DNA from: Candidatus Kapaibacterium thiocyanatum | Lineage (GTDB): Bacteria > Bacteroidota > Ignavibacteria > Kapaibacteriales > Kapaibacteriaceae | Assembly (NCBI GenBank): GCA_001899175.1 | Contig: MKVH01000024.1 | Span: 883,127 to 947,126 of the forward strand | Reading direction: 5' to 3' | DNA length: 64,000 nucleotides | Shown: positions 55,260 to 64,000 of the stretch, piece by piece | Layout: the number at the start of each line of letters is the position of its first letter | Numbering within the stretch: position 1 is the stretch's first letter | Position numbers and translations under genes: made by a program | The notes under the pieces: generated by a model | Database searches by the model: none | The model's input: the letters and a program-made list of their open reading frames with translations, nothing else | What the model was told of the DNA's origin: nothing

Positions 55260-56161
55260 TGAAGGACACGATGGAACGCCGACATTTCCTTGCGCTGATC
55301 GCCGTGGCCCCGATGGCCATGCAATCGGCCCTGCGCAGCAGCCGCAAACGTAATACGGACAAGCAGGCGACGACGCGATACATCTTCTCCCAGGCGATGC
55401 GTCAGGCATCGACGGAGCAATGGAACCGGAAACCCATCGGAGAGCTGATGGGCCAGTTCGCCATGCTGTTCCAGGGGACGCCCTACGTCGGTGGTACGCT
55501 GGAAGGGGATGGACCCGAAGTATGCCGTATCGATCTCACGGGGCTGGACTGCGTGACGTTCTTCGAGAACGTTCTCGACATGTCGAGGATCGTGAAGAAG
55601 GGGCGCTATACGTTCCCCGATCTGCAGCATGAGGTGACCTTCACTCGCTATCGTGGAGGACAGCTCGGAGACTATACTTCACGTCTGCACTATACGGCCG
55701 AATGGATCGAGGACAATGTCGCGAAGCATGTCGTCAAGGACATGTCGCGTGAACTCGGCGGGGTGATATTCCCGCTCGACGTGAACTTCATGTCGAGGAA
55801 TCCGAAGTACTACGCGCCGCTCAAGAACGATTCCATTCTCGTCGAGAAGATGGAGACCATCGAAACGGCCATCAACGGTCAGGTCAGGTACTACATTCCC
55901 AAGGATCGTATCGACGTGATCGAGCCGCAGTTGCAGACCGGCGACATCGTAGCCATCACGACGAACAAGGAAGGCCTGGACTATGCCCATACGGGAATGA
56001 TCCATCGTACGGCCGACGGTGTGGCGCACCTGCTTCATGCGTCATCGCAGAAGAAGCAGGTCGTCCTCGACGTCTCCGTGAGCGAATACGTCAACGGTGT
56101 GAAAAGCCATACCGGTATCAGTATCCTGCGTCCCCTCGAGCCACTTCTCAACGAACGATAA
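55256..56161 (+). CDS. DUF1460-like secreted protein with Tat-type signal ([12 protein letters not shown])
   Basis: Twin-arginine motif; conserved block ...[16 protein letters not shown]... as recalled for DUF1460 proteins of Bacteroidota. This is from memory, no search run. Confidence 0.55.
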   Translation: MMKDTMERRHFLALIAVAPMAMQSALRSSRKRNTDKQATTRYIFSQAMRQASTEQWNRKPIGELMGQFAMLFQGTPYVGGTLEGDGPEVCRIDLTGLDCVTFFENVLDMSRIVKKGRYTFPDLQHEVTFTRYRGGQLGDYTSRLHYTAEWIEDNVAKHVVKDMSRELGGVIFPLDVNFMSRNPKYYAPLKNDSILVEKMETIETAINGQVRYYIPKDRIDVIEPQLQTGDIVAITTNKEGLDYAHTGMIHRTADGVAHLLHASSQKKQVVLDVSVSEYVNGVKSHTGISILRPLEPLLNER

Positions 56162-56197
56162 CGGGCGGACGGATTCCGTTCCGATCCCGCCCGAAGC

Positions 56198-57010
56198 TCA
56201 CCATTGAATGGTGATGGTCGGCTGGAGTTCGATGGTGACGGTGTGTTCGGGCAGTTTGCGGAGAGCCTTCTCGAAGTCGGATTGTCGAGCCATGGACTCG
56301 ATGCCTTCCAGCTCGTTCATCAGATTCCTGTTCTTGCGGAATGCCGCGATCAGTTTGTCCATGTTGACATCGTACATGGTGATCGTCGATCCGCTCACGT
56401 ACTTCGCGTTCGTCTTCTTGATGATCGGTTCGGACTGGACGTTGACGGTCATGCGCATGCCGCCGAGAAAGCTTTCCATCATGCCCAGAGCCATGTCCAG
56501 TTGTTCTTTCGACTGCTTCTTCTTTTTCTTGTCCTTGGCGTCGCTCTTCAGGTCCGGGACATTGGTGATGACGATCCTGTCCTTCGCATAGGAGAACGTC
56601 ATACCGGCCGTCGAGCCCGATTCTTCTTCTTCGATGACGCGCGTGGCGAGCATCTTCGCAAGGCGCGATTGGTCGATGCGAAGTGTGTTCACGTTGGCGA
56701 CGGTATACTCGGCAATCCATCCCTGATATTCTCCCTGGTCGACCAGACGCAGATTGGTCAATCTGGCATCGGGACCAAGTGTACCAGCGCTGGCCGTCGC
56801 AAGGCTGTCGATCGCCTTCCGTACCGAGTCCGACAGGAAGTCGGGTCGGTCCTCGGCCGTCGAGCCCTTCATCGACAGGAGGATCGAGTCCCGCACTATC
56901 GCCGTGCCATCGGATTTCAGGATGACAGTCGTCATCGTACGGAGACAGCCCGTCAGAAATGCCGATGCTGCGACGATCAGGGTGATGACGACGATGTGCG
57001 TACGTGACAT
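56198..57010 (-). CDS. lipoprotein, hypothetical, with a central poly-Lys stretch
   Basis: ATG at 57010 gives MSRTHIVVITLIVAASAFLTGC (lipobox LTGC); KDKKKKKQSKEQ in the middle. The listed ORF 56198..57637 is over-extended at its N-terminus. Confidence 0.6.
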   Translation of the reverse strand: MSRTHIVVITLIVAASAFLTGCLRTMTTVILKSDGTAIVRDSILLSMKGSTAEDRPDFLSDSVRKAIDSLATASAGTLGPDARLTNLRLVDQGEYQGWIAEYTVANVNTLRIDQSRLAKMLATRVIEEEESGSTAGMTFSYAKDRIVITNVPDLKSDAKDKKKKKQSKEQLDMALGMMESFLGGMRMTVNVQSEPIIKKTNAKYVSGSTITMYDVNMDKLIAAFRKNRNLMNELEGIESMARQSDFEKALRKLPEHTVTIELQPTITIQW

Positions 57011-57033
57011 TGGGACTCCGGAAGGAAGAGGAT

Positions 57034-57753
57034 TCAAATATGGCGAAGATGTTCGGAAGCGGTAGCATGGATGGCTTCCGCAATGTCTTCCGGCGTGATG
57101 ATCCGGTCCGATGCTTCCGAAAGAGAGACCGACGAAGCCATGAGCGTTTCCGTAAGGCGCGCTCGCTCGTCCGCCGATGCACGGACGACATTGCCGATCA
57201 TCAGATGGCCGGGTCCCGTGAGGATGCTGCCGTGCTGGAGTATGACGTTGTCGATCACCCGCTGGGCGCTGCCGACGACCTTCCGGTTGCCATGGACGAT
57301 CTCCGTCCGGGCACTGCTCGTGAAGCAGGAAACGGCCAGGGCTCCGGACGTGGCATAGTGATGCTGCAGATCCGATGGAGCTTCTTCGAAGGACAGTCCC
57401 GGTACGAAGGGTTGCAGTGCCGACAGCAGCATGGTATGGATACCGGCATAGACCGCACGCGGCGTGCGGGTATCCGTGACCGGAATGGCGATGCAGTAGG
57501 TGAGTTCTTCGGCATGCAGGACGGCACGGCCGCCGGTGGGGCGTCGTACCAGGTCGAAACCGGAATTGACGAGGGCCTCCCGGTCGATCTGTTCGTCCTG
57601 CTGATGCTTGCCCAGGGATACCGTCCACGGCTCCCATGTATAGGTTCTGAAGGCGAGTGCGACGTCGCCGCGTCGGACCATATCGAGAAGATCCATGTCG
57701 CGTTCCATGTTGGCAGCGCCACTGCGGGATCCTTCCCAGGCGTTGAGCATCAT
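57034..57753 (-). CDS. lipoyl/octanoyl transferase of the BPL/LPL catalytic-domain family (LipB/LipM/LplA-like)
   Basis: RRPTGGRAVLHAEELTYCIAIP and ...KVVGSAQR... motifs of the biotin/lipoate protein-ligase catalytic domain; 239 aa. Confidence 0.75.
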   Translation of the reverse strand: MMLNAWEGSRSGAANMERDMDLLDMVRRGDVALAFRTYTWEPWTVSLGKHQQDEQIDREALVNSGFDLVRRPTGGRAVLHAEELTYCIAIPVTDTRTPRAVYAGIHTMLLSALQPFVPGLSFEEAPSDLQHHYATSGALAVSCFTSSARTEIVHGNRKVVGSAQRVIDNVILQHGSILTGPGHLMIGNVVRASADERARLTETLMASSVSLSEASDRIITPEDIAEAIHATASEHLRHI

Positions 57754-58961
57754 TGTACCGAGATACGCAGGAATTTGAGTTTACCGGCGCGCACGATGCG
57801 CGGTTCGGCGAAGTTCAGCACTGCGGCGATGTCTGCGATCTTCTCGCCATCGACCTTGACGCCGCCTTGCTGGATAAGACGACGCGCCTCGCCCTTGGAA
57901 GTTACAAGACCGGTCGCGACCATGACGTCGACGAGCGATTGGTCGGCAGGACCGTCGATGGTGCGTTCTTCGATGACGTCCGGAACATCCTTCTTGACGA
58001 AGATCCGCTCGAACTCGGCGAAGGCGGCATCGGCATCGCCCTGGCCATGATATCGTGCGACGATCCGCTTGGCGATATCGACCTTGGCATTACGCGGATG
58101 GACGGAACCATCGGCCAGGCCCTGCGTCGTACGCTGCACTTCATCGGCTGGTGCATAGCATGCGTACTGGAGGTAGCGGGGGATCAGCGTATCGGGAATG
58201 GACATGGTCTTGCCGAACATGTCCTTCGGCGAATCCGACAGGCCGATGTAGTTGTTCAGGGACTTGCTCATCTTCTCGACCCCGTCGGTGCCTTCGAGAA
58301 TGGGCATCGTCAGGATGCACTGCGGTTCCATCCCGGACGAGCGCATGATCTCACGTCCAACCAGCAGATTGAACTTCTGGTCCGTACCACCGATCTCGAT
58401 GTCGCTGCCGATGGCCACGGAATCGTAGGCCTGCGAGAGGGGATAGAGGAATTCATGGACGCTGATGGGCTCGCCGGCCCTGTATCGCTTCGTGAAGTCG
58501 TCACGTTCGAGCAGTTGTGCCACGGTATACTTGGCCGCCAGGGCGATGACGTCCTGGAAGGTCAGGGCGTTGAGCCATTCGCTGTTGTGGACCACCGACG
58601 TCTTCTCCATGTCCAGTACCTTCGATGCCTGGTCGACGTAGGTACGGCCATTCTCGCGGGTCTCCTCGAGGGTGAGGGCGGGGCGCGTCCTGGACTTTCC
58701 GGTGGGATCGCCGATCATCGCCGTGAAGTCGCCCACGATCAGTACGACGCGATGGCCGAGGTCCTGGAACTGGCGCAGCTTGTTGAGAACGACGGCATGG
58801 CCGATGTGGATGTCGGGGCGGCTCGGATCGAGTCCCAGTTTGATCGTCAGCGGCTTCCCTGTCGTGACGCTGCGTTCGAGCTTGCGGACGAGGTCTTCTT
58901 CGGGCAGGAGGTCCACCACGTTCTGGCGGATCACGTCGAGTTGTTCGGAGATTGTCAGCAT
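57750..58961 (-). CDS. tyrS: tyrosyl-tRNA synthetase
   Basis: HIGH (PDIHIGHAV) and KMSKS motifs; C-terminal S4 domain; 403 aa. Confidence 0.95.
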   Translation of the reverse strand: MLTISEQLDVIRQNVVDLLPEEDLVRKLERSVTTGKPLTIKLGLDPSRPDIHIGHAVVLNKLRQFQDLGHRVVLIVGDFTAMIGDPTGKSRTRPALTLEETRENGRTYVDQASKVLDMEKTSVVHNSEWLNALTFQDVIALAAKYTVAQLLERDDFTKRYRAGEPISVHEFLYPLSQAYDSVAIGSDIEIGGTDQKFNLLVGREIMRSSGMEPQCILTMPILEGTDGVEKMSKSLNNYIGLSDSPKDMFGKTMSIPDTLIPRYLQYACYAPADEVQRTTQGLADGSVHPRNAKVDIAKRIVARYHGQGDADAAFAEFERIFVKKDVPDVIEERTIDGPADQSLVDVMVATGLVTSKGEARRLIQQGGVKVDGEKIADIAAVLNFAEPRIVRAGKLKFLRISVQ

Positions 58962-58988
58962 GGCGATGTCGTCGTGATGGGATGGGGG

Positions 58989-59459
58989 CTAGTCGGTATC
59001 GCGGCGCATCGCGCGTTCCTGTTCGCGATCCTTGATCGATGCGCGCTTGTCGTACAGTTTCTTGCCTCGGACGAGACCGAGTTCGACCTTGATATACGGG
59101 CCGGAGAAATAGAGGGAGAGCGGAATGATGGTCAGACCCTTCTCTTCCACACCGGTACGCAGGCGCACGAGTTCGTGTTCGTGGAGGAGCAGCTTGCGCG
59201 GACGCGTAGGGATATGGTTCTCCCTGTTGCCGAAGTCGTACGGATTGATGTGCATGCCGACGAGCATCAGCTCGTCCGACGCCTTCGAAGGAAAGATGGC
59301 ATAGGCATCGACGAGGGATACCTTGCCTGCACGGAGGGATTTCACCTCGGTTCCGGTCAATACGATGCCGGCCTCGAACCGCTGGAGCACTTCATAGTCG
59401 TGCAGGGCCTTGCGGTTCTGGATGATGGAGCGGGTCGATCGTTCGTTGGGCGTTGCCAT
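58989..59459 (-). CDS. smpB: SsrA-binding protein
   Basis: SmpB signature ...IQNRKALHDYEVLQRFEAGIVLTGTEVKSLR...; ATG MATPNE at 59459. The ORF track starts at GTG 59477. Confidence 0.9.
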   Translation of the reverse strand: MATPNERSTRSIIQNRKALHDYEVLQRFEAGIVLTGTEVKSLRAGKVSLVDAYAIFPSKASDELMLVGMHINPYDFGNRENHIPTRPRKLLLHEHELVRLRTGVEEKGLTIIPLSLYFSGPYIKVELGLVRGKKLYDKRASIKDREQERAMRRDTD

Positions 59460-59496
59460 AAAAAGAGAACCCCGCACTGGAGCGGGGCAATGGATG

Positions 59497-59587
59497 CGGA
59501 GAGGGAGGGATTCGAACCCTCGATAGCGGTCTTAACCACTATGACGGTTTAGCAAACCGTTGCCTTCAGCCACTCGGCCACCTCTCC
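59497..59587 (-). tRNA. tRNA-Ser (anticodon GCU)
   Basis: Manual fold of the reverse complement: acceptor GGAGAGG/CCTCTCC, anticodon stem ACGGT/ACCGT with loop TTGCTAA (GCT), long variable arm, T-arm GAGGG-TTCGAAT-CCCTC, discriminator G. Confidence 0.9.
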
Positions 59588-59636
59588 GTTAAGGAGCGAC
59601 AAAGATAATGAAATTCATCGATTCGGGAAGAACGAA

Positions 59637-59672
59637 GACGGGATGCACGGTTTTTACTCCGTGCATCCCGTC
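59637..59672 (-). terminator. perfect 14-bp hairpin (GACGGGATGCACGG / CCGTGCATCCCGTC, loop TTTTTACT); likely terminator of the 59695..60276 gene
   Basis: Inverted repeat read directly; on the minus strand it is followed by TTCGTTCTTCCC. Confidence 0.5.
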
Positions 59673-59694
59673 TGTCGTGCGTCGAGGCGCGCGA

Positions 59695-60276
59695 TCATTC
59701 TGCGAAGGACGTACCCGGAAGGTCGAGTGCCACCTGCTGATGGGCAGGTACGGCAAGGGCGGATCCGGCGCCGGACCGTACCATGTCGCTATTCGAGATG
59801 ACTTCCGTGATGGCGGAGACATGTTCCAGTGTGGTTTCGCCCTGGTCGGCTGCGACCTTGACGTCACCGTAGACGCCGTTGACGAAGACGTTGCCGTTAC
59901 CTGAGAAGATCTCCAGGTGGGTCGAGGCCGGAACGTAGAGCGTGTGCGTGATGCCCTTGCCGTCCAGCGGCTTCGAAGGATCGATCTGCTTTGCATGGAA
60001 GAGGATCGTGTTGCCGTCCTGCGTCGTGGTACGTTCGAGCGTGTATTCACCGCCCCTGGATTCGATGGCGACCTTGTCGAACATCCACGTGACGACGCGG
60101 ACATCACCGGCATCGGCATCGATCTTGACATTGGCGCCGTTGGATACGACCATCGTGGTCCGGACGGGGTGCAGGGGAACTTCCGAATTGTCGGCGGCAC
60201 GAACATCGCTCTGCGTCACGGCGAACATGGCGAGTGTGAGGGCCGCACCAGCGAGCAGGTTCTTGATTGATTTCAT
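59695..60276 (-). CDS. secreted all-beta hypothetical protein (DUF4097 / putative-adhesin-like)
   Basis: ATG at 60276 gives signal peptide MKSIKNLLAGAALTLAMFAVTQSDVRA. Repetitive GNVxVNG / GDVKV-like beta-strand motifs. Confidence 0.5.
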   Translation of the reverse strand: MKSIKNLLAGAALTLAMFAVTQSDVRAADNSEVPLHPVRTTMVVSNGANVKIDADAGDVRVVTWMFDKVAIESRGGEYTLERTTTQDGNTILFHAKQIDPSKPLDGKGITHTLYVPASTHLEIFSGNGNVFVNGVYGDVKVAADQGETTLEHVSAITEVISNSDMVRSGAGSALAVPAHQQVALDLPGTSFAE

Positions 60277-60376
60277 GGCGACTTCCGAAATGATATGATC
60301 GTGAAATGTACGGGAGTGTGTACGCCGGCCTCCGGGGAAGGTTACAGGCGATCTTCCTTTCGTATTTTTCGCTGCG

Positions 60377-62998
60377 ATGAAAGACAAAGAAACGCCGCTG
60401 ATGCGGCAATACGGTCAGATCAAGACCCGATATCCCGATACGATCCTGCTGTTCCGCCTCGGTGATTTCTACGAAACGTTCGGTGACGACGCCGTCCTCA
60501 CGGCCCGTGCCTGCGGAATCACACTGACGAAGAGGAACAACGGTTCGGCAGGCGAGATTCCTCTGGCAGGATTCCCGTATCACCAGCTCGACTCCTATCT
60601 CCCGAAGCTCGTGCGGGCAGGCCATCGTGTGGCAGTCTGCGAACAGCTCGAGGACCCGAAACAGGCACGCGGCATCGTACGACGCGACGTCGTGGAAGTC
60701 GTCACGCCCGGCGTGGTGCTCTATGACAAACTGCTCGACAACAACAGTCATACGATCCTTGCATGCATCACGGGGCCGACGAAGGCCAGCCCGTCCATCT
60801 GCGGCCTCGCCTTCGCCGACGTGTCGACGGGCCTGTTTTCCGCTGGCGACATCCCCGTCGATCGCATCGCCAGCGTCCTCGAATCACTGACGCCGGCCGA
60901 GCTCATCGTGAACAAGGACGAGAAGGAATGGTGGCAACCCCTCGTCGACGCTCTGCCGGCTACGCCATCGCTCACCAGACTCGATACCTGGCATTTCGAT
61001 GCCGAGTTCACACGCAATGCCTTGTTGCGTCACTTCAACACCGCGTCGCTGAAGGGATTCGGTACGGATGAACTCGTTCACGGCCTGACGGCCGCGGGTG
61101 TCGTCCTGCACTACGTCGGTGAAACGCAGAAGACATCGCTGACGCAGATCACGAGTATGAACGTCCATCATGCCGATGGCTTCATGATCCTCGATGCGGC
61201 TACGCGCAGGAATCTCGAAATCCATGCGTCGATGCATGGTGACGGACGTCAGGGGTCGTTGATAACGTTGCTCGATCATACGTGCACGCCGATGGGCGGG
61301 CGCCTGCTTCGCGGCTGGCTGCAATCGCCTCTCGTGTCGATGGAGGCGATACGCCGACGCCTGAACGTCGTCCGTGGCTTCGTCCTCGAACCATCCATCG
61401 CCGAAGATGTACGCACGAATCTGCGTGGCATGGGCGATATCGAGAGATTGCTGACCAAGGTCATGATGAACAGGGCGACGTCCCGCGATCTCGTGGCTCT
61501 TCGCTCGGGTCTCGAACGCCTGCCGATGATTCGGGAGGCGTTGCGGCGCAGTGCGACGGATGCCGTAGCCCGTATAGGCGATGCCGTCGACGATCACACG
61601 GAGGTGACGGCGCTCCTGCGACGTGCGCTGTCCGACGAACCGCCGCTCCAGGTGGGAACGGGCATGATCTTCCGCCAGGGATATCATGCAGGGATCGACG
61701 AAATGCGTTCGGCACTGACGAACGGCAAGGAGTGGATCTCCGACTACCAGGAGGCCGAACGACAGTCCACCGGCATCACGTCACTGAAGGTGGCGATGAC
61801 GGGTGTCTTCGGGTACTACATCGAAGTGACGAATACGCACAAGGCCCGCGTTCCCGAACATTACGAACGCAGGCAGACGCTGGCCAACGCCGAGCGGTTC
61901 ACGACGCCGCACCTGCGTGACCTCGAACAGAAGCTCCTCCATGCCGAGTCCCATCTGTCCACCATGGAAGCGCAGGCGATCGAGGAACTGCGTGCCGAAC
62001 TTTCGGTGCATGGTGCCGCCATCCAGAAGACGGCACGAGCGATCGCGACCATCGACTGTCTGGCCGGGTTCGCGGACGTCGCACGGAGTCATGAATACTG
62101 CGAACCGGATATCCATGACGGCACGGAGCTCGTCATCGAGGATGCCCGCCATCCCGTGATCGAACGGCTGCTGCCGCCGGGCGAGCGCTACGTCTCCAAT
62201 TCGATACGGCTCGATACAGAACAGCAGCAGATCCAGATCATCACCGGCCCCAACATGTCCGGTAAGTCGAGCTACCTGCGTCAGGCAGGATTGATCGTCT
62301 TCCTGGCTCACGTAGGATGCTACGTTCCGGCAACGTCGGCACGGATACCGCTGACGGATCGCATCTTCACCCGCGTAGGAGCACAGGACAACATTCTCGC
62401 CGGTGAGAGTACCTTCCTCGTCGAGATGCAGGAGTCGGCCAACATCCTCAACAACGCCACGGCGCGGAGTCTCATCCTGCTGGATGAAGTCGGACGGGGG
62501 ACGGCGACGTTCGATGGTATCAGCATTGCCTGGGCCATCGCCGAGTATCTGCACGAGGTGACGGGGGCGAAGACGCTGTTCGCCACGCACTACCATGAAT
62601 TGACGGCGCTGGCCGATCAATTCCCGCGGATACACAACCATCAGGTGGAAGTGCGCGAAGTTGGCGATTCGATCGTCTTTACCCACCGCGTCATTCCCGG
62701 GCACAGCGATCATTCCTTCGGTATCCACGTCGCACGCATGGCAGGTCTTCCTCCTGCGGTGATAGGTACGGCACGGGCCGTACTGGATCAACTGGAACAG
62801 GGGCATCATGGGCCGGTCGACGGTGGACGTGCTGCCGCCGTGGAACGGATCCGGCTGGAAGAAGCCGGGCAGTTATCGATGTTCGAGGTTCGTGACGATG
62901 CGCTGCGCCGCAAGGTGCAGGAACTCGATCTTGACAATATGACTCCGATGCAGGCGCTCAAGGCGCTGTCGGACCTGAAAGGCTCCCTCGATGGATGA
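60377..62998 (+). CDS. mutS: DNA mismatch repair protein MutS
   Basis: N-terminal mismatch-recognition domain (TPLMRQYGQIKTRYPDTILLFRLGDFYETFGDDA); Walker A GPNMSGKSSYLRQ; ...THYHEL...; 873 aa. Confidence 0.95.
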   Translation: MKDKETPLMRQYGQIKTRYPDTILLFRLGDFYETFGDDAVLTARACGITLTKRNNGSAGEIPLAGFPYHQLDSYLPKLVRAGHRVAVCEQLEDPKQARGIVRRDVVEVVTPGVVLYDKLLDNNSHTILACITGPTKASPSICGLAFADVSTGLFSAGDIPVDRIASVLESLTPAELIVNKDEKEWWQPLVDALPATPSLTRLDTWHFDAEFTRNALLRHFNTASLKGFGTDELVHGLTAAGVVLHYVGETQKTSLTQITSMNVHHADGFMILDAATRRNLEIHASMHGDGRQGSLITLLDHTCTPMGGRLLRGWLQSPLVSMEAIRRRLNVVRGFVLEPSIAEDVRTNLRGMGDIERLLTKVMMNRATSRDLVALRSGLERLPMIREALRRSATDAVARIGDAVDDHTEVTALLRRALSDEPPLQVGTGMIFRQGYHAGIDEMRSALTNGKEWISDYQEAERQSTGITSLKVAMTGVFGYYIEVTNTHKARVPEHYERRQTLANAERFTTPHLRDLEQKLLHAESHLSTMEAQAIEELRAELSVHGAAIQKTARAIATIDCLAGFADVARSHEYCEPDIHDGTELVIEDARHPVIERLLPPGERYVSNSIRLDTEQQQIQIITGPNMSGKSSYLRQAGLIVFLAHVGCYVPATSARIPLTDRIFTRVGAQDNILAGESTFLVEMQESANILNNATARSLILLDEVGRGTATFDGISIAWAIAEYLHEVTGAKTLFATHYHELTALADQFPRIHNHQVEVREVGDSIVFTHRVIPGHSDHSFGIHVARMAGLPPAVIGTARAVLDQLEQGHHGPVDGGRAAAVERIRLEEAGQLSMFEVRDDALRRKVQELDLDNMTPMQALKALSDLKGSLDG

Positions 62999-63881
62999 AA
63001 TCAAACGAAAATGGACGGAACGGGACAGGGTCGTTCGTGCGATCACGAAGGATGGCATGTTCCGCGCGGCATGTATCCGCAGTACCGAACTCTCACGCGC
63101 TGCGCAGGATAGACATCACTACGAGCCGTTGCGCGCCCTGATGCTGGCACGTGCTGCGACCGGTGCCGGACTGATGGCATCGTTCCTCAATGGGGAAGAG
63201 CGCGTCGTGATCCAGCTCGAAGGCGATGGTCCCGTCGCCAGTATCTATGCCGAAGCACTGCAAGTTGGAGAGGTGCGGGGGTATGCCACGCTCAACTCGA
63301 AGCCCGCGGAACAGAGCACGTCGGCGCTCGGCAACGGCATCATGAAGGTCTCTCGTATCCTCTACGGCAAATACGAGCCCGTGACCGGTATCGTCGAGTT
63401 ACGTCGGGGCGACGTCACGTCGGACCTCGGCTACTATCTCACGCAGTCGGAACAGATTCCATCCGCCTTCGTCCTGGACGTGAGTTTCGATGAAGAGGAT
63501 CACATCAAGCAGGCCGCTGGGCTGCTCATCCAGGCCATGCCCGGTGCACGACCGGAGGACATTTTCCGCGCCTACGATACGATCGACTATCTGGGACGTC
63601 TCACGCAGTTCCTCGACGACGGCTATACGCCGGAGGACATCCTGCGCCAGGTCATGCCCACGGATATCGACATCCTCGCATCGACGCCGGTGGACTTCTT
63701 CTGCCGCTGTTCGATCGACAGGTTCAAGGGAATGTTGCTGACACTCGGTTACGACGAGGTGGCCGGTATGGAAGCGGACGGACAGAACGAGCTCGTGTGC
63801 CAGTATTGTAATGCACACTATTATCTGTCCGAGCAGGATTTCAAGGATATGAAGGAAGAACTCGTCGTACGCCGCAACTAG
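62991..63881 (+). CDS. hslO: redox-regulated chaperone Hsp33
   Basis: C-terminal zinc centre CRCS ... CQYCNAHY (CxC...CxxC) and the Hsp33 N-domain. Confidence 0.9.
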   Translation: MDEIKRKWTERDRVVRAITKDGMFRAACIRSTELSRAAQDRHHYEPLRALMLARAATGAGLMASFLNGEERVVIQLEGDGPVASIYAEALQVGEVRGYATLNSKPAEQSTSALGNGIMKVSRILYGKYEPVTGIVELRRGDVTSDLGYYLTQSEQIPSAFVLDVSFDEEDHIKQAAGLLIQAMPGARPEDIFRAYDTIDYLGRLTQFLDDGYTPEDILRQVMPTDIDILASTPVDFFCRCSIDRFKGMLLTLGYDEVAGMEADGQNELVCQYCNAHYYLSEQDFKDMKEELVVRRN

Positions 63882-64000
63882 GCATCGGTCATGAGGGACG
63901 TGATGGCACTGACCAGGACGATGTCGTCGGCAGTGCATCCGCGCGACAGGTCGCAGTACGGTTTGCGCAGTCCCTGGACGATCGGTCCCAGTGCGATCAT
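63879..64000 (-). CDS. C-terminal end of a phosphate acetyltransferase (Pta) or a malic-enzyme Pta-like domain; gene continues beyond the window end
   Basis: Manual minus-strand translation ...[39 protein letters not shown] matches the conserved Pta C-terminus (GPxLQGLxKPVNDLSRG). Its TAG stop shares the CTAG palindrome with the hslO stop. Confidence 0.6.

Noticed and set aside
63399-63938. 179-aa minus-strand ORF at the window end
   Set aside because: Shadow ORF inside hslO. The real minus-strand gene here is the Pta-like C-terminus (63879..64000) in a different frame.
1-64000. Mobile elements, integrases, CRISPR arrays, rRNA, defence-system hallmarks
   Set aside because: None found. There are no transposase/integrase-like ORFs, no inverted terminal repeats, no repeat-spacer arrays. 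The only tRNA (Ser-GCU) is not flanked by an integrase or a direct repeat.

Overview
High-GC (~60-65% by eye) bacterial chromosomal segment, almost entirely coding, with about 60 genes on both strands. Several features point to an FCB-group / Bacteroidota- or Rhodothermota-like organism: T9SS-type C-terminal sorting domains, a fused ccoN/O, type III glutamine synthetase, a fused 2-oxoacid dehydrogenase E1 alpha/beta, a type-2 IleS, and an ileS-dksA-lspA arrangement. This placement is inference, not a database result. Housekeeping content, in window order: holA (partial), peptide ABC permeases, murI, a histidine kinase, ileS, lspA, rluD, mtgA, Lrp + GSIII, topA, fur, speA, an OmpA/TolB-like protein, ribD, PNP, yicC, gmk, a full cbb3 oxidase cluster (Rrf2-ccoI-ccoS-ccoNO-ccoQ-ccoP-ccoG-ccoH), separate E1 alpha and beta genes, a GT9-GT4-GT4-GT9 glycosyltransferase cassette, aspS, tyrS, smpB, tRNA-Ser(GCU), mutS, hslO and pta (partial). 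No CRISPR array, rRNA, IS element or integrase was seen. Most unusual: (1) a lysine/alanine-repeat histone-H1-like ORF between ileS and a DksA/TraR zinc-finger gene that has no ATG; the two frames are joined by an A10 homopolymer, where a -1 shift would fuse them; (2) a 949-aa secreted protein with >=12 Gly-rich GNDxY tandem repeats, a HEAT C-terminus and a poly-Lys tail, co-operonic with a TPR protein and an RqcH/NFACT homolog; (3) a ~24-Cys secreted protein in a small cluster of T9SS substrates; (4) a ~48% GC patch inside the 3' third of ileS. I found no system I can confidently call previously undescribed; items 1 and 2 are the closest candidates.
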